Assembly: GCF_014656395.1 (NCBI RefSeq)
Contig: NZ_BNCI01000001.1
Location: forward strand, 925,893 to 965,892
DNA: 40,000 nt
Direction: 5' to 3'
DNA from: Kordiimonas sediminis
GTDB lineage: Bacteria > Pseudomonadota > Alphaproteobacteria > Sphingomonadales > Kordiimonadaceae
Positions 1-8,972 of the stretch are shown in pieces. The notes under the pieces were generated by a model. It saw only the letters and a program-made list of their open reading frames with translations, was not told where the DNA came from and searched no databases. Position numbers and translations under genes: made by a program. The number at the start of each line of letters is the position of its first letter. Position 1 is the first letter of the stretch.

Positions 1-2
1 TC

Positions 3-1514
3 ATCGAGCTTGCTGAAGTAGCGGCGAAAGATCCATGGGAACTGCCAGAAGAAAAAGACCTGACAGATCTGAAAGCAAAGATTGCTGAGCTGGCTGAAGC
101 TGACCTGCGTGCTGCGTATGAGATCACAACAAAGCAGGATCGCGTTGCTTCTATTAATGCGACAAAAGACAAAGTCTATGCCGCACTGGCGGAGACGCTT
201 GAAGCTGATGAAGAACTGACAGAACAAATGGTCGGTGATCTTCTGAAGAAACTTGAAAGCGACATCGTCCGCGGTAACATTCTGAAAACACGCAAGCGTA
301 TCGACGGTCGTAACCTGGATCAGGTTCGTGCCATCTCCTCTGAGGTTGGTGTTCTGCCGCGTACGCACGGTTCTGCGCTGTTCACACGCGGTGAAACGCA
401 GGGTCTTGTGGTTGCAACACTCGGTACCGCTGATGACGAACAGATGATCGACAGCCTGGAAGGCACATACAAGTCGAACTTCATGCTGCACTATAACTTC
501 CCACCTTTCTCTGTTGGTGAATGTGGCCGTGTTGGCTTTACCGGTCGCCGTGAAATCGGTCACGGTAAACTGGCGTGGCGTGCGGTAAATGCGGTTCTGC
601 CGTCCAAGGAAGATTTCCCTTACACAATTCGTATTGTGTCAGAAATCACAGAATCAAATGGTTCTTCCTCTATGGCGTCGGTTTGTGGTGCATCACTGTC
701 CATGATGGACGCTGGTGTTCCAATCACCCGCCCTGTGTCCGGTATTGCAATGGGCCTGATCAAGGAAGGTGACGAGTTTGCCGTTCTGTCTGATATTCTG
801 GGTGACGAGGATCATCTGGGTGATATGGACTTTAAGGTTGCTGGTACAACAGAAGGTATCACTGCACTGCAGATGGATATCAAGATCACTGGCATTACCC
901 GCGAGATCATGGAAAAAGCATTGGAACAGGCCGGTGGCGGTCGTGCCTACATCCTTGACGAAATGAACAAGGCTCTGACAGGTGCACGGGACGAGCTGTC
1001 TGCGCATGCTCCACGTATTGAAAGCATGTCAATCCCAACGGATAAAATCCGTGAAGTGATTGGTACAGGCGGTAAAGTAATCCGTGAAATCGTTGAAAAG
1101 ACAGGCGCGAAGGTCAATATTGAAGATGACGGCACCGTCAAGATTTCTTCAAGCGACCTGGCTGAGATTGAAGCTGCGAAAGCATGGATCATCGGTATCG
1201 TTGCAGAACCAGAAGTTGGCACAATCTACAAAGGTAAGGTTGTTGGCATTAAGGACTTTGGTGCCTTTGTAAACTTCATGGGCGGCAAAGATGGTCTGGT
1301 TCATATCTCTGAACTGAAAGAAGACCGCGTAGAGAAAGTTACCGACGTTGTGAACGAAGGTGACGAAGTATATGTGAAGTGTCTTGAAGTTGATCCACGT
1401 GGTAAGGTACGTCTGTCCATGCGGGTTGTTAATCAGGAAACTGGCGAAGAAGATCCTGATGCACGCCCGCCAAAGGCGTCTCCGGCACCAAAACGCCGGG
1501 GTGGTCGCGACTAA
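3..1514 (+). CDS. pnp: Polyribonucleotide nucleotidyltransferase (PNPase), 5'-truncated by the window edge
   Basis: The frame is open from nt 3 ([17 protein letters not shown]...), so the listed ATG at 228 is internal. RNase PH-like core, KH ([20 protein letters not shown]) and S1 ([15 protein letters not shown]...GLVHISEL) domains. Stop at 1512-1514. Confidence 0.95.
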   Translation: MELAEVAAKDPWELPEEKDLTDLKAKIAELAEADLRAAYEITTKQDRVASINATKDKVYAALAETLEADEELTEQMVGDLLKKLESDIVRGNILKTRKRIDGRNLDQVRAISSEVGVLPRTHGSALFTRGETQGLVVATLGTADDEQMIDSLEGTYKSNFMLHYNFPPFSVGECGRVGFTGRREIGHGKLAWRAVNAVLPSKEDFPYTIRIVSEITESNGSSSMASVCGASLSMMDAGVPITRPVSGIAMGLIKEGDEFAVLSDILGDEDHLGDMDFKVAGTTEGITALQMDIKITGITREIMEKALEQAGGGRAYILDEMNKALTGARDELSAHAPRIESMSIPTDKIREVIGTGGKVIREIVEKTGAKVNIEDDGTVKISSSDLAEIEAAKAWIIGIVAEPEVGTIYKGKVVGIKDFGAFVNFMGGKDGLVHISELKEDRVEKVTDVVNEGDEVYVKCLEVDPRGKVRLSMRVVNQETGEEDPDARPPKASPAPKRRGGRD

Positions 1515-1632
1515 ACGCACGATCGTGATTCAACAAACAATGACCGGCATGATATAGTCGTGCCGGTTCGGTGTCCTGGTAGAGGGGAAAACCGGGAAGG
1601 GCTAACAGGGGATAACACCCCAGGAGTATAGA

Positions 1633-3027
1633 ATGAGTTTTTCACTTGATTCCATCCGTGTGGGCGGGAAGGAAGTATTACCACTGATTGAAGGTGGTAA
1701 AGGTGTTGCGATATCAACAGCGGATAGCAGCGGGCCTTGGGCTGCTGCTGGCGGTATTGGTACGATTTCAGCGGTTATGGCCGATAGCTATGATGCAGAC
1801 GGCAATAAAATTCCGCACGATTATTTTGGCAAAAACCGTCGTGAACGGCATGAGGAAATGATCCAGTATTCCATTCAGGGTACGATTGATCAGATTAAAA
1901 AGGCCTGGGAGTTGTCTGGCGGTAAGGGCCACATCAATATTAACATGCTTTGGGAGCTCGGCGGCGCGCAGAAGATTCTGCACGGTGTTCTGGAGAAAAC
2001 CAAAGGCATGGTGCACGGGGTAACGTGCGGTGCGGGTATGCCGTTTAAACTAGGCGAATTGTCAGCAAAATACGGTGCACATTATTATCCGATTATTTCA
2101 TCGGGGCGTGCTTTCCGTCTTTTGTGGGCGCGGGCCTATAAAAATTTTGGCGATCTGCTGGGCGGCGTTGTGTATGAAGATCCGTGGCGCGCAGGCGGCC
2201 ATAACGGGCTTTCCAATGCTGAAGACCCGAACGAGCCGGGTGATCCATACCCACGGGTTCTTGAGCTGCGCCAGATTATGCGCAAGCTTGGTCTGGATAA
2301 TGTGCCAATCATCATGGCTGGCGGTGTCTGGAACCTGAAAGAGTGGAAAGACTGGATTGATAACAAAGAACTGGGTCCGGTTATGTTCCAGTTCGGCACG
2401 CGTCCTCTTTTGACCAAAGAAAGCCCGATCTCTGATCGCTGGAAACAGAAGTTGCTGAGCCTTAAGCCAGGTGATGTTCTTTTGCAGACGTTCAGCCCGA
2501 CCGGGTTCTTCTCCAGTGCTGTGAAAAACAGCTTCCTTGGAGAGCTTGTTGACCGGTCAGACCGGCAGGTTACATTTGGTCCAAAGCCGGACGAGGAATT
2601 CAATACGGAATTGACCATTCAGCGTAAGAAATATTTCGTGCGTGGCGAAGATGTTGAAAAGGCGAAAGCCTGGATCGCGGACGGGTATGACACGGTGATG
2701 AAGACACCTGACAATAGCCTGATCTTTGTTACGAACGATAAAGCGTCAGAAATCCGGCAGGACCAGACGGACTGTGTTGGGTGTTTGTCCCAGTGTCGTT
2801 TCTCTAGCTGGGCTGATAATGAAAAGAACAGCACGGGCCGGCTTGCGGATCCACGCAGTTTCTGTATCCAGAAAACGTTGGAAGATGTTGCCCATGACGG
2901 GTCTGTTGAAAAGAATCTGGTGTTTGCAGGGCATAACGCATTTCGTTTTGCCGAAGACCCATTCTATTCGAACGGGTTTATTCCAACGGTGAAACAGCTG
3001 GTGCACCGTATTGTCGAAGGTGACTAA
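1633..3027 (+). CDS. Nitronate monooxygenase / NAD(P)H-dependent flavin oxidoreductase family protein (long form)
   Basis: ATG 1633 is preceded by CAGGAG (1621-1626). The 464-aa product has TIM-barrel flavoprotein-like segments (GGKGVAIS, GVTCGAGMP, IIMAGGVWN). Family recognised from memory, not searched. Confidence 0.7.
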   Translation: MSFSLDSIRVGGKEVLPLIEGGKGVAISTADSSGPWAAAGGIGTISAVMADSYDADGNKIPHDYFGKNRRERHEEMIQYSIQGTIDQIKKAWELSGGKGHININMLWELGGAQKILHGVLEKTKGMVHGVTCGAGMPFKLGELSAKYGAHYYPIISSGRAFRLLWARAYKNFGDLLGGVVYEDPWRAGGHNGLSNAEDPNEPGDPYPRVLELRQIMRKLGLDNVPIIMAGGVWNLKEWKDWIDNKELGPVMFQFGTRPLLTKESPISDRWKQKLLSLKPGDVLLQTFSPTGFFSSAVKNSFLGELVDRSDRQVTFGPKPDEEFNTELTIQRKKYFVRGEDVEKAKAWIADGYDTVMKTPDNSLIFVTNDKASEIRQDQTDCVGCLSQCRFSSWADNEKNSTGRLADPRSFCIQKTLEDVAHDGSVEKNLVFAGHNAFRFAEDPFYSNGFIPTVKQLVHRIVEGD

Positions 3028-3055
3028 AGACAGCACTGGAAATTACAGTGATTTC

Positions 3056-3080
3056 AAGGCCGGTTTTTACCGGCCTTTTT
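3056..3080 (+). terminator. Rho-independent terminator between convergent genes
   Basis: AAGGCCGG-TTTTTA-CCGGCCTT followed by TTT, 29 nt after the stop at 3027. Confidence 0.75.
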
Positions 3081-3097
3081 CATGGTGTGGGTGCTGC

Positions 3098-3772
3098 CTA
3101 TAAAGGGCCGACACTTAGGGCTAAAATACGGGAAATATGGGCGTACGGACGGCCACTTTCCTGGTGCCAGGTGTCAAAGGCAGTCTGTACTTTTCTTAGG
3201 GCGGATTTAGACGTGGGGTTTTTGTCAATGACCCCTTCTCGTATGAGGGCCTTTGTTACATCCCGTGAAAATACCCAGCCGTCTTTCCCGATCGAGCGCA
3301 GGAAATACTGCGCAGACGTGCCGCCAAGCCGTGATCCCCGCTTTTTTAGCATGTCGAGCAGGCCGATAAAGTCCGTCATCGGCCAGTTAGCGATACAGGT
3401 AGCAGCCGACCCGTAAGCGTCTTCAAGATCACAGAGCAAAATGGCATTATCGCGCACGGTGATGATTTTCTGACCATTGCGGACGATCCGGGTATCTTTC
3501 AGAAGGCTGTCCAGATCATCGTCAGACATGAATTTCCAGCGTACTGGTACAAACCCTTCGAAGGCTTCTTCAAAACCGTCCCATTTATTGTCGATAACTT
3601 TCCAGCTGAAGCCTGCCTGGAAAATGGCACGGGTCATCGCAGCCAATATTCGGTCATCCGGCACGGCCTGCAGGGCGTCGGGGGTTTTGATTTGCGGCAT
3701 CAGGGCGTCGATATCTGCACGGCTACCGCGGAAACTGGCCGCCATATCTATCAGTGTGTCTATGGTTTGCAT
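3098..3772 (-). CDS. tag: DNA-3-methyladenine glycosylase I (Tag) family protein
   Basis: ATG 3772 is preceded by AGGGG. The central region aligns by eye to E. coli Tag (IFQAGFSWKVI..., IVRNGQKI, LKKRGSRLGGTSAQYFL). The N-terminus differs from E. coli Tag: no Cys/His zinc motif seen. Confidence 0.7.
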   Translation of the reverse strand: MQTIDTLIDMAASFRGSRADIDALMPQIKTPDALQAVPDDRILAAMTRAIFQAGFSWKVIDNKWDGFEEAFEGFVPVRWKFMSDDDLDSLLKDTRIVRNGQKIITVRDNAILLCDLEDAYGSAATCIANWPMTDFIGLLDMLKKRGSRLGGTSAQYFLRSIGKDGWVFSRDVTKALIREGVIDKNPTSKSALRKVQTAFDTWHQESGRPYAHISRILALSVGPL

Positions 3773-3880
3773 TCATTCGCCCCTTTTTTTGTCGATATGA
3801 TAGTGCTTCACATTGTTTTCAGACAATATTTTTGTTACACGGCGTTGCCTCTATATTGGTAAGTATAATAGATTGTTCAG

Positions 3881-4399
3881 ATGCCCAGTGATCATTTAAA
3901 AAGTTTTGGATTCCCCAGGTGGGGTGAATACGGTCGTGACCGGGACGCTGAACCTGTGCGGATGTGTGATTATACCGGGTGTAGTGAACGGGGCGACCAT
4001 CCGGCGCCCAAATCGCCAAATTCGCCGGAGCGTTGGTATTTCTGCAGGCCCCATGCCGCAGAATATAACAGAAACTGGAATTATTTTCAGGGCATGAGTG
4101 ACGATGAAGTCAAAGAGGCAATGAACGATGGCAGCGAATCAGCCGATGCCTTTGCCCAGGCCCGTACCTTTGAATGGGGCGGCGCGGTGGATGCCGACGG
4201 CAATTCATCCACGGAATTGACGGCCTATGATGTTCTGGAGGTGGATGCAGGATCAAGCGCGGATTTGATCAAAAAGCAGTATCGGAGGCTTGCCAAAATT
4301 TATCATCCGGATTCCAACCCCGGTGATCCGGCTGCGGCAGAACGGTTTCACGAAATCCAGACGGCCTATGATGTCCTGCGCGCCAAGCACGGGTTCTAG
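3881..4399 (+). CDS. J-domain (DnaJ-like) protein
   Basis: C-terminal J domain with HPD (YDVLEV...YRRLAKIYHPDSNPGD...FHEIQTAYDVL). Cys/His-rich N-terminal segment. Confidence 0.8.
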   Translation: MPSDHLKSFGFPRWGEYGRDRDAEPVRMCDYTGCSERGDHPAPKSPNSPERWYFCRPHAAEYNRNWNYFQGMSDDEVKEAMNDGSESADAFAQARTFEWGGAVDADGNSSTELTAYDVLEVDAGSSADLIKKQYRRLAKIYHPDSNPGDPAAAERFHEIQTAYDVLRAKHGF

Positions 4400-4509
4400 C
4401 CTGCACGCTCCGTGTCTATAGGGGGTCGGCTGGCCTCTGACCCCGCATGTTTATGGTGGTTCGCAGGCCCCGCCAGATTATTTTCTCTCCATTTTCTGTC
4501 AGAATGGTC

Positions 4510-4540
4510 TTGACCCTCACGCGGCGTCAGACCCTACACT
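4510..4540 (+). promoter_or_regulatory. Putative MerR-type promoter (TTGACC-19 bp-TACACT) with an imperfect palindrome in the spacer
   Basis: TTGACC 4510-4515, TACACT 4535-4540, spacer exactly 19 bp containing CTcACGCgGCGTcAG (12 of 14 paired positions complementary). The ATG at 4547 lies 7 nt after the -10 box with no SD, suggesting a leaderless transcript. Confidence 0.45.
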
Positions 4541-4546
4541 GTAGGC

Positions 4547-5365
4547 ATGAAGACGAAAAAGACGACATATCAGGTTAAAGAAGTGGCGGCCCTGTCTGGT
4601 GTTACCGTCAGAACGCTCCACCACTATGACAAGATCGGCCTGTTACGTCCGACAGCGAGGACATCGTCGGGGTACCGACTATATTCAGAGGATGCTCTTT
4701 TTCGTCTTCAGCAGATTATCATTGGCCGTGAAATGGGACTTAGTCTTGAAGATATTCGGGCGTCGCTTGATGCACCTGATTTTGACCTGCGGGCGATGTT
4801 GGTGCGGCAGCGTCAGTGTCTTGAGGAGAAAAAAGACAGGACAGAGACCATGCTGAAGGCCATTGATACCGCGCTTGCGTCGATTGACGGCACGGCGCCA
4901 CCACAAAAAACAGGTACGGATAGCGAGGAAAAGATAATGTCACAAAAAGCGAGGCCCGATAAAACAATGTTCAAAGGTTTTTCCCCTGATGCCTACGGCG
5001 CAGAAGCAAAGGAAAAATGGGGGCATACAGAAATGTATGCGGAATCACAGCGGCGTTCTGGGACTTATTCAAAAGATGACTGGGACAGATTGAACGCTGA
5101 GCAGGGTATGATATTTGATGCCCTGGCAACCGAGATGCGTGCTGGTAAGGCGCCTGACGACCCGGTTGTGCAGTCTTTGGTCCAGGATCACCGGGCCTAT
5201 ATTGATCGCTGGTTTTATCCTTGTTCCATGGACATGCATGCAGCTCTGGCTGATATGTACCGTCAGGATGCGCGTTTCCAGCGTACAATTGATACGCACG
5301 GTGACGGCCTGGCCCTATATCTGGCAGATGCCATACAAGCGCAGTCACCTTCGCCGGCATCCTAG
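4547..5365 (+). CDS. MerR family transcriptional regulator with TipAS-like C-terminal domain
   Basis: N-terminal MerR HTH (YQVKEVAALSGVTVRTLHHYDKIGLL...GYRLYSE). C-terminal TipAS-like region (SKDDWDRL...HRAYIDRWFYPCS...LADMY). Confidence 0.85.
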   Translation: MKTKKTTYQVKEVAALSGVTVRTLHHYDKIGLLRPTARTSSGYRLYSEDALFRLQQIIIGREMGLSLEDIRASLDAPDFDLRAMLVRQRQCLEEKKDRTETMLKAIDTALASIDGTAPPQKTGTDSEEKIMSQKARPDKTMFKGFSPDAYGAEAKEKWGHTEMYAESQRRSGTYSKDDWDRLNAEQGMIFDALATEMRAGKAPDDPVVQSLVQDHRAYIDRWFYPCSMDMHAALADMYRQDARFQRTIDTHGDGLALYLADAIQAQSPSPAS

Positions 5366-5676
5366 CGGTTTTGCGGGGCAACTTTCTTAATCGGTGCAGA
5401 AAATTCGGCAAATTCAGCTAAATCTTTTGGCTTGTGATGTCGGTCTTTCTGTGCAGGCTGGTGATGCAGGCTGACACCCGGTCGCCAGCTTGTTTGGGGA
5501 CGTACCGGGCGGGGTGAAAACCCGCCACCGCAGTTAGGGCAGACATTTTCAAAAATTGTTTCTGCGCAGTCTTTGCAGAAGGTGCATTCATAGCTGCAGA
5601 TCATTGTCTGGGTGCTATCTGCCGGCAGGTCGGTATCACAATGTTCGCAATTTGGCCGCATATCCAGCATGGTCAT
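5362..5676 (-). CDS. DUF1272-like zinc-ribbon protein
   Basis: Small Cys-rich protein: MRPNCEHCDTDL...CSYECTFCKDCA...CPNCGGGF. It has a 4-nt convergent overlap with the MerR gene. Confidence 0.65.
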   Translation of the reverse strand: MTMLDMRPNCEHCDTDLPADSTQTMICSYECTFCKDCAETIFENVCPNCGGGFSPRPVRPQTSWRPGVSLHHQPAQKDRHHKPKDLAEFAEFSAPIKKVAPQNR

Positions 5677-5819
5677 TTCCTTAGCACATTGATTCTTTAG
5701 TGTTTTTCAGGGTATAGAGGGGAAAGGCATTGCACAATGGCATTGTGGCTATGTGGCGGGAAACATCTGCAATTTGGCAGATGCGCGGACAGGAGCCATC
5801 CTATGCAAGGAGGTCAGGC

Positions 5820-6569
5820 ATGAAATACCGGCTTTTTCTGACGGGCAGTATCGTAGCCGCAGGGTTTCTGGGCGCGGTTGCAGCAGATACTACATCCGAT
5901 TGGGGGTATGCGGGTGCTACCGGGCCCGATAATTGGGGTACTTTATCGCAAGCATACAGAACGTGCGCGACCGGATCCCTGCAATCACCAATCGATATTG
6001 AAGGTACCGATCCGGTTATCATGCATACGCTGGAACCCCAGTATAGGGTGACAGATCTTGATCTTGTAAATACCGGCAAAACCCTTCGTCAGTCATACGG
6101 GCGGGATAGCTATCTGAATGTTGGTGACAAGCGTTTCACCCTTCAGGGGTTTGAGCTGCGCAGTCCCAGCGAGCATACGGTCATGGGGCAGTCTTTCCCT
6201 ATGGAAATTCAGTTGATGCACACTTCTGACAAGGGCGAGACAGCGATAGTTAGTGTGTTGGTCGAAGAAGGTGCTGAAAATGCGGCCGCAGCCGAGTTCT
6301 GGCAGTATCTGCCGCTTTTGAACGGTCAGTCCTTCCGGTCTGCGGACATCAAGATTAATGCGCGGGATTTGATGCCTTTTTCATTGTCCTACTACCGGTA
6401 CATGGGGTCATTGACCACGCCGCCGTGCACAGAGGGTGTACACTGGTATGTGCTAAAAACACCGATAACGCTGTCCAAGGAACAGATTGACGCCGCGTAC
6501 GGCATCATGGGGCGCAGTGCGCGCCCGGTCCAGCCGCGGTTTCACCGTATGATACTGGATACAAAATAG
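5820..6569 (+). CDS. Alpha-carbonic anhydrase family protein, secreted; zinc-ligand histidines substituted (probably inactive homologue)
   Basis: AAGGAGG (5807-5813) precedes ATG 5820 (the listed start 5730 is less likely). Signal peptide MKYRLFLTGSIVAAGFLGAVAA. Alpha-CA blocks present: DWGYAG..GPDNWG, QSPIDI, SPSEH, GSLTTPPCTEGVHWYV. However QFHFH is replaced by QGFELR and E-x-H-x-x-H by EIQLMH. Confidence 0.85.
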   Translation: MKYRLFLTGSIVAAGFLGAVAADTTSDWGYAGATGPDNWGTLSQAYRTCATGSLQSPIDIEGTDPVIMHTLEPQYRVTDLDLVNTGKTLRQSYGRDSYLNVGDKRFTLQGFELRSPSEHTVMGQSFPMEIQLMHTSDKGETAIVSVLVEEGAENAAAAEFWQYLPLLNGQSFRSADIKINARDLMPFSLSYYRYMGSLTTPPCTEGVHWYVLKTPITLSKEQIDAAYGIMGRSARPVQPRFHRMILDTK

Positions 6570-6579
6570 GGGCTTTTAT

Positions 6580-7458
6580 ATGATCAGCCGTTTTGTGCCA
6601 TCACTGTCTTTGGGGTTTTTGCTGTCGGCGTGTGCTGTCTTTGGTGGCGGGGATGGTGGTAACACTTCGCCTGTGACCAGTGCGGCAGCTGCCGGGTTGG
6701 CCCCGATCCCGCGCGAGAGTTTTTGCCAGGCCGATGACAGGCTTGAGGATATCGCATCAGCCTATGAAGAGGCCTTGTCCAGCACGTCTGCTCCAGAGCA
6801 GGTTTTCTATACCGCACTTTTTTTAGAACGTGCGGGCCATCCCGTTCGGGCACGGTCGCTGTATGCCGGGCTGTTACAACAGGAAGCGGGACCATCAGTT
6901 GATGTGACGTGCGGCGATACCGTCTGGGCCCGTGGCCCGGTGGCGGCAGAGGCCGCAAGACGGCTTGCGCATCTTGCAGCTGAACTTCACAATATGGGTG
7001 TGCGCCGGGAAAGTGCACCGGCACTGCATGCAGGGTTACCGTCGAACGCCCGCCCAGAGGCAAAAGTACGTATGCCAGACGTTGGTAAATCCGGGGGACA
7101 GGCAAAAGCAGTAGCACCGCGGGCTCAGCCGTCGCGTCTAAAAAACGGCAATCAATCTGCTGTCGGGCGGCAGTCAGCATCAGCGGATATTCAAGTACCA
7201 CAAACCGTATCCGCGGACGGGGTTTGGTTTGCACATCTGGCTTCTTATAAAACTGCGGAAAATGCCGTTAGGTACCGCGGGGAGCTTGCGGAGACATATC
7301 CTGCACTTGCGGGGCATATTGTTGAATGGATTGCAGCAAGCAGTACCGGCTCTGTCTGGCGGTTGGGTGTTCGCACAACAGAGTGGCAGGATGCTGACCG
7401 GCTTTGTATTGCCATTCGCAGTTCAGGGGCATATTGCCGGGTAATTGATAGCCGATAA
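6580..7458 (+). CDS. SPOR domain lipoprotein
   Basis: Lipobox LLSAC at the N-terminus. C-terminal SPOR-like domain (VWFAHLASYKTAENAVRYRGEL...WRLGVRT...CRVI). Starts 10 nt after the CA-like gene. Confidence 0.7.
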   Translation: MISRFVPSLSLGFLLSACAVFGGGDGGNTSPVTSAAAAGLAPIPRESFCQADDRLEDIASAYEEALSSTSAPEQVFYTALFLERAGHPVRARSLYAGLLQQEAGPSVDVTCGDTVWARGPVAAEAARRLAHLAAELHNMGVRRESAPALHAGLPSNARPEAKVRMPDVGKSGGQAKAVAPRAQPSRLKNGNQSAVGRQSASADIQVPQTVSADGVWFAHLASYKTAENAVRYRGELAETYPALAGHIVEWIAASSTGSVWRLGVRTTEWQDADRLCIAIRSSGAYCRVIDSR

Positions 7459-7535
7459 AAAACGGTGGATAACTGATATGACTACCCCTATGATGGCCCG
7501 CTAATAATCATAACTTAGTAGGGGAAGCGTTCGTA

Positions 7536-8885
7536 ATGGCTGTTAAACACGAACATTGGTCGTCACGTTGGGCGTTTATGCTGGCTGCGGTAGGGAGTGC
7601 CGTTGGTCTTGGGAATATCTGGAAATTTCCATATGAGGCAGGCTCTGGTGGCGGTGGGGCATTCGTCCTAATCTATTTGTTTTTCATTTTTGTTGTTGGT
7701 GTGCCGGTCATGATGGCTGAGCTATCACTTGGTCGCCGAGGTCAGATGTCGCCAATTGGCTCGATGAAGAAGATCGCAGCCGAGGAAAAACGAAGTCCTT
7801 TGTGGGGACTTGTTGGTTGGGGCGGCGTTGTTGGTGCCTTCATTGTCATTAGCTTTTATTCCGTTATTGGCGGTTGGACGCTTGCCTATGTGGTGAAATC
7901 CGCGATGGGGTTTGCAGGCATGACAGCCGAGCAGGCAGGCGTGGAGTTTGGGGAATTTATTTCTGACCCCTTCTGGCCCATTATCTGCCATGCGGCCTTT
8001 ATGGCTATCACCATCCTGATTGTGAACAAGGGTGTTAAAGGTGGCCTTGAAAAAGCTGTGACCTATCTAATGCCGGCCTTGTTTGTGATGCTGCTAATTC
8101 TGGTTATTTATGCGGCGGTTGCCGGTGACTTTGCCAGCGCAGTTGAATTTCTATTCTATCCCGACTTTTCCAAGGTAACGCCTGATGTGACAATCAATGC
8201 ACTTGGACAGGCGTTCTTCTCGCTGTCGCTCGCGCTTGGATCGATCATGACGTACGGGTCATATCTGTCGAAGGATGTGCATCTCGGTAAATCTGCCTTC
8301 ACCATTGCCAGTGCGGACAGCGCCGTTGCTCTCTTGGCAGGTCTCGCGATCTTCCCGATTGTGTTTGCGTTTAATGTAGACCCTGCGGGCGGTCCTGGCC
8401 TGGTGTTTGTCAGCCTGCCAATTGCTTTTGGTGAAATGCCGTTCGGTGTTGTTGTTGGAACGCTATTCTTCGCCCTTTTGGGTGTGGCTGCGATTACAAG
8501 CTCTATCTCCTTGCTGGAGCCGTCCGTATCGTATCTGGAGCACAGCAAAGGTATCGACCGGAAGAAAGCAACGCTTTGGATTGGTGCTGCGGCCTTTGCG
8601 CTCGGTGTTTTGTCAGCCTATTCGCAAGGCGGGAACTTCCTGTCGGATATCAGGTTCTTCGGGCTCGATATCATGGGCGTGAAAGATTATCTGACCAATA
8701 ATATCATCATGCCGCTTGGTGGTATGTTCACGGCACTGTTTGTTGGCTGGTTTGTCAGCCGTAAAACAATGATGGAAGAACTTGCGCTGACAGATGAAAG
8801 TTTCCGGATCTGGTATTTCCTTGTTCGGTTCATAGCGCCGGTTGCGGTCACATTGGTATTCATCAGCGTAACAATCGGATTTTAA
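7536..8885 (+). CDS. Sodium-dependent transporter, neurotransmitter:sodium symporter (SNF/NSS) family
   Basis: Signature WSSRWAFMLAAVGSAVGLGNIWKFPY; multi-span membrane protein of 449 aa. Confidence 0.9.
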   Translation: MAVKHEHWSSRWAFMLAAVGSAVGLGNIWKFPYEAGSGGGGAFVLIYLFFIFVVGVPVMMAELSLGRRGQMSPIGSMKKIAAEEKRSPLWGLVGWGGVVGAFIVISFYSVIGGWTLAYVVKSAMGFAGMTAEQAGVEFGEFISDPFWPIICHAAFMAITILIVNKGVKGGLEKAVTYLMPALFVMLLILVIYAAVAGDFASAVEFLFYPDFSKVTPDVTINALGQAFFSLSLALGSIMTYGSYLSKDVHLGKSAFTIASADSAVALLAGLAIFPIVFAFNVDPAGGPGLVFVSLPIAFGEMPFGVVVGTLFFALLGVAAITSSISLLEPSVSYLEHSKGIDRKKATLWIGAAAFALGVLSAYSQGGNFLSDIRFFGLDIMGVKDYLTNNIIMPLGGMFTALFVGWFVSRKTMMEELALTDESFRIWYFLVRFIAPVAVTLVFISVTIGF

Positions 8886-8903
8886 ATATCTGATCTAAAC
8901 CGT

Positions 8904-8929
8904 AAAGGCCCCTTGCGAGGGGCCTTTTG
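8904..8929 (+). terminator. Rho-independent terminator
   Basis: AAAGGCCCC-TTGCGA-GGGGCCTTTT, 19 nt after the stop at 8885. Confidence 0.8.
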
Positions 8930-8972
8930 GTATATTGGTGGCATAGAAGCAGTCACTGAGAAGGGGGAAAGT

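Noticed and set aside
1515-1632. Purine-rich, partly self-complementary leader upstream of the nitronate monooxygenase-like gene, considered as a riboswitch
   Set aside because: I could not match it to any riboswitch class I know. It shows only a weak hairpin (1543-1567) without a good U-tract.
6584-7234. 216-codon minus-strand ORF
   Set aside because: It is antisense to the SPOR lipoprotein gene and has no motifs. The same reasoning applies to other long antisense ORFs: 11152-11754, 15890-16408, 16433-17119, 20308-20856, 24786-25499 and 8156-8548.
8913-8972. Listed TTG start of the serine hydrolase ORF at 8913
   Set aside because: The TTG lies in the loop of the upstream terminator hairpin (8904-8929). 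GTG 8973 with an AAGGGGGA RBS is much more plausible.
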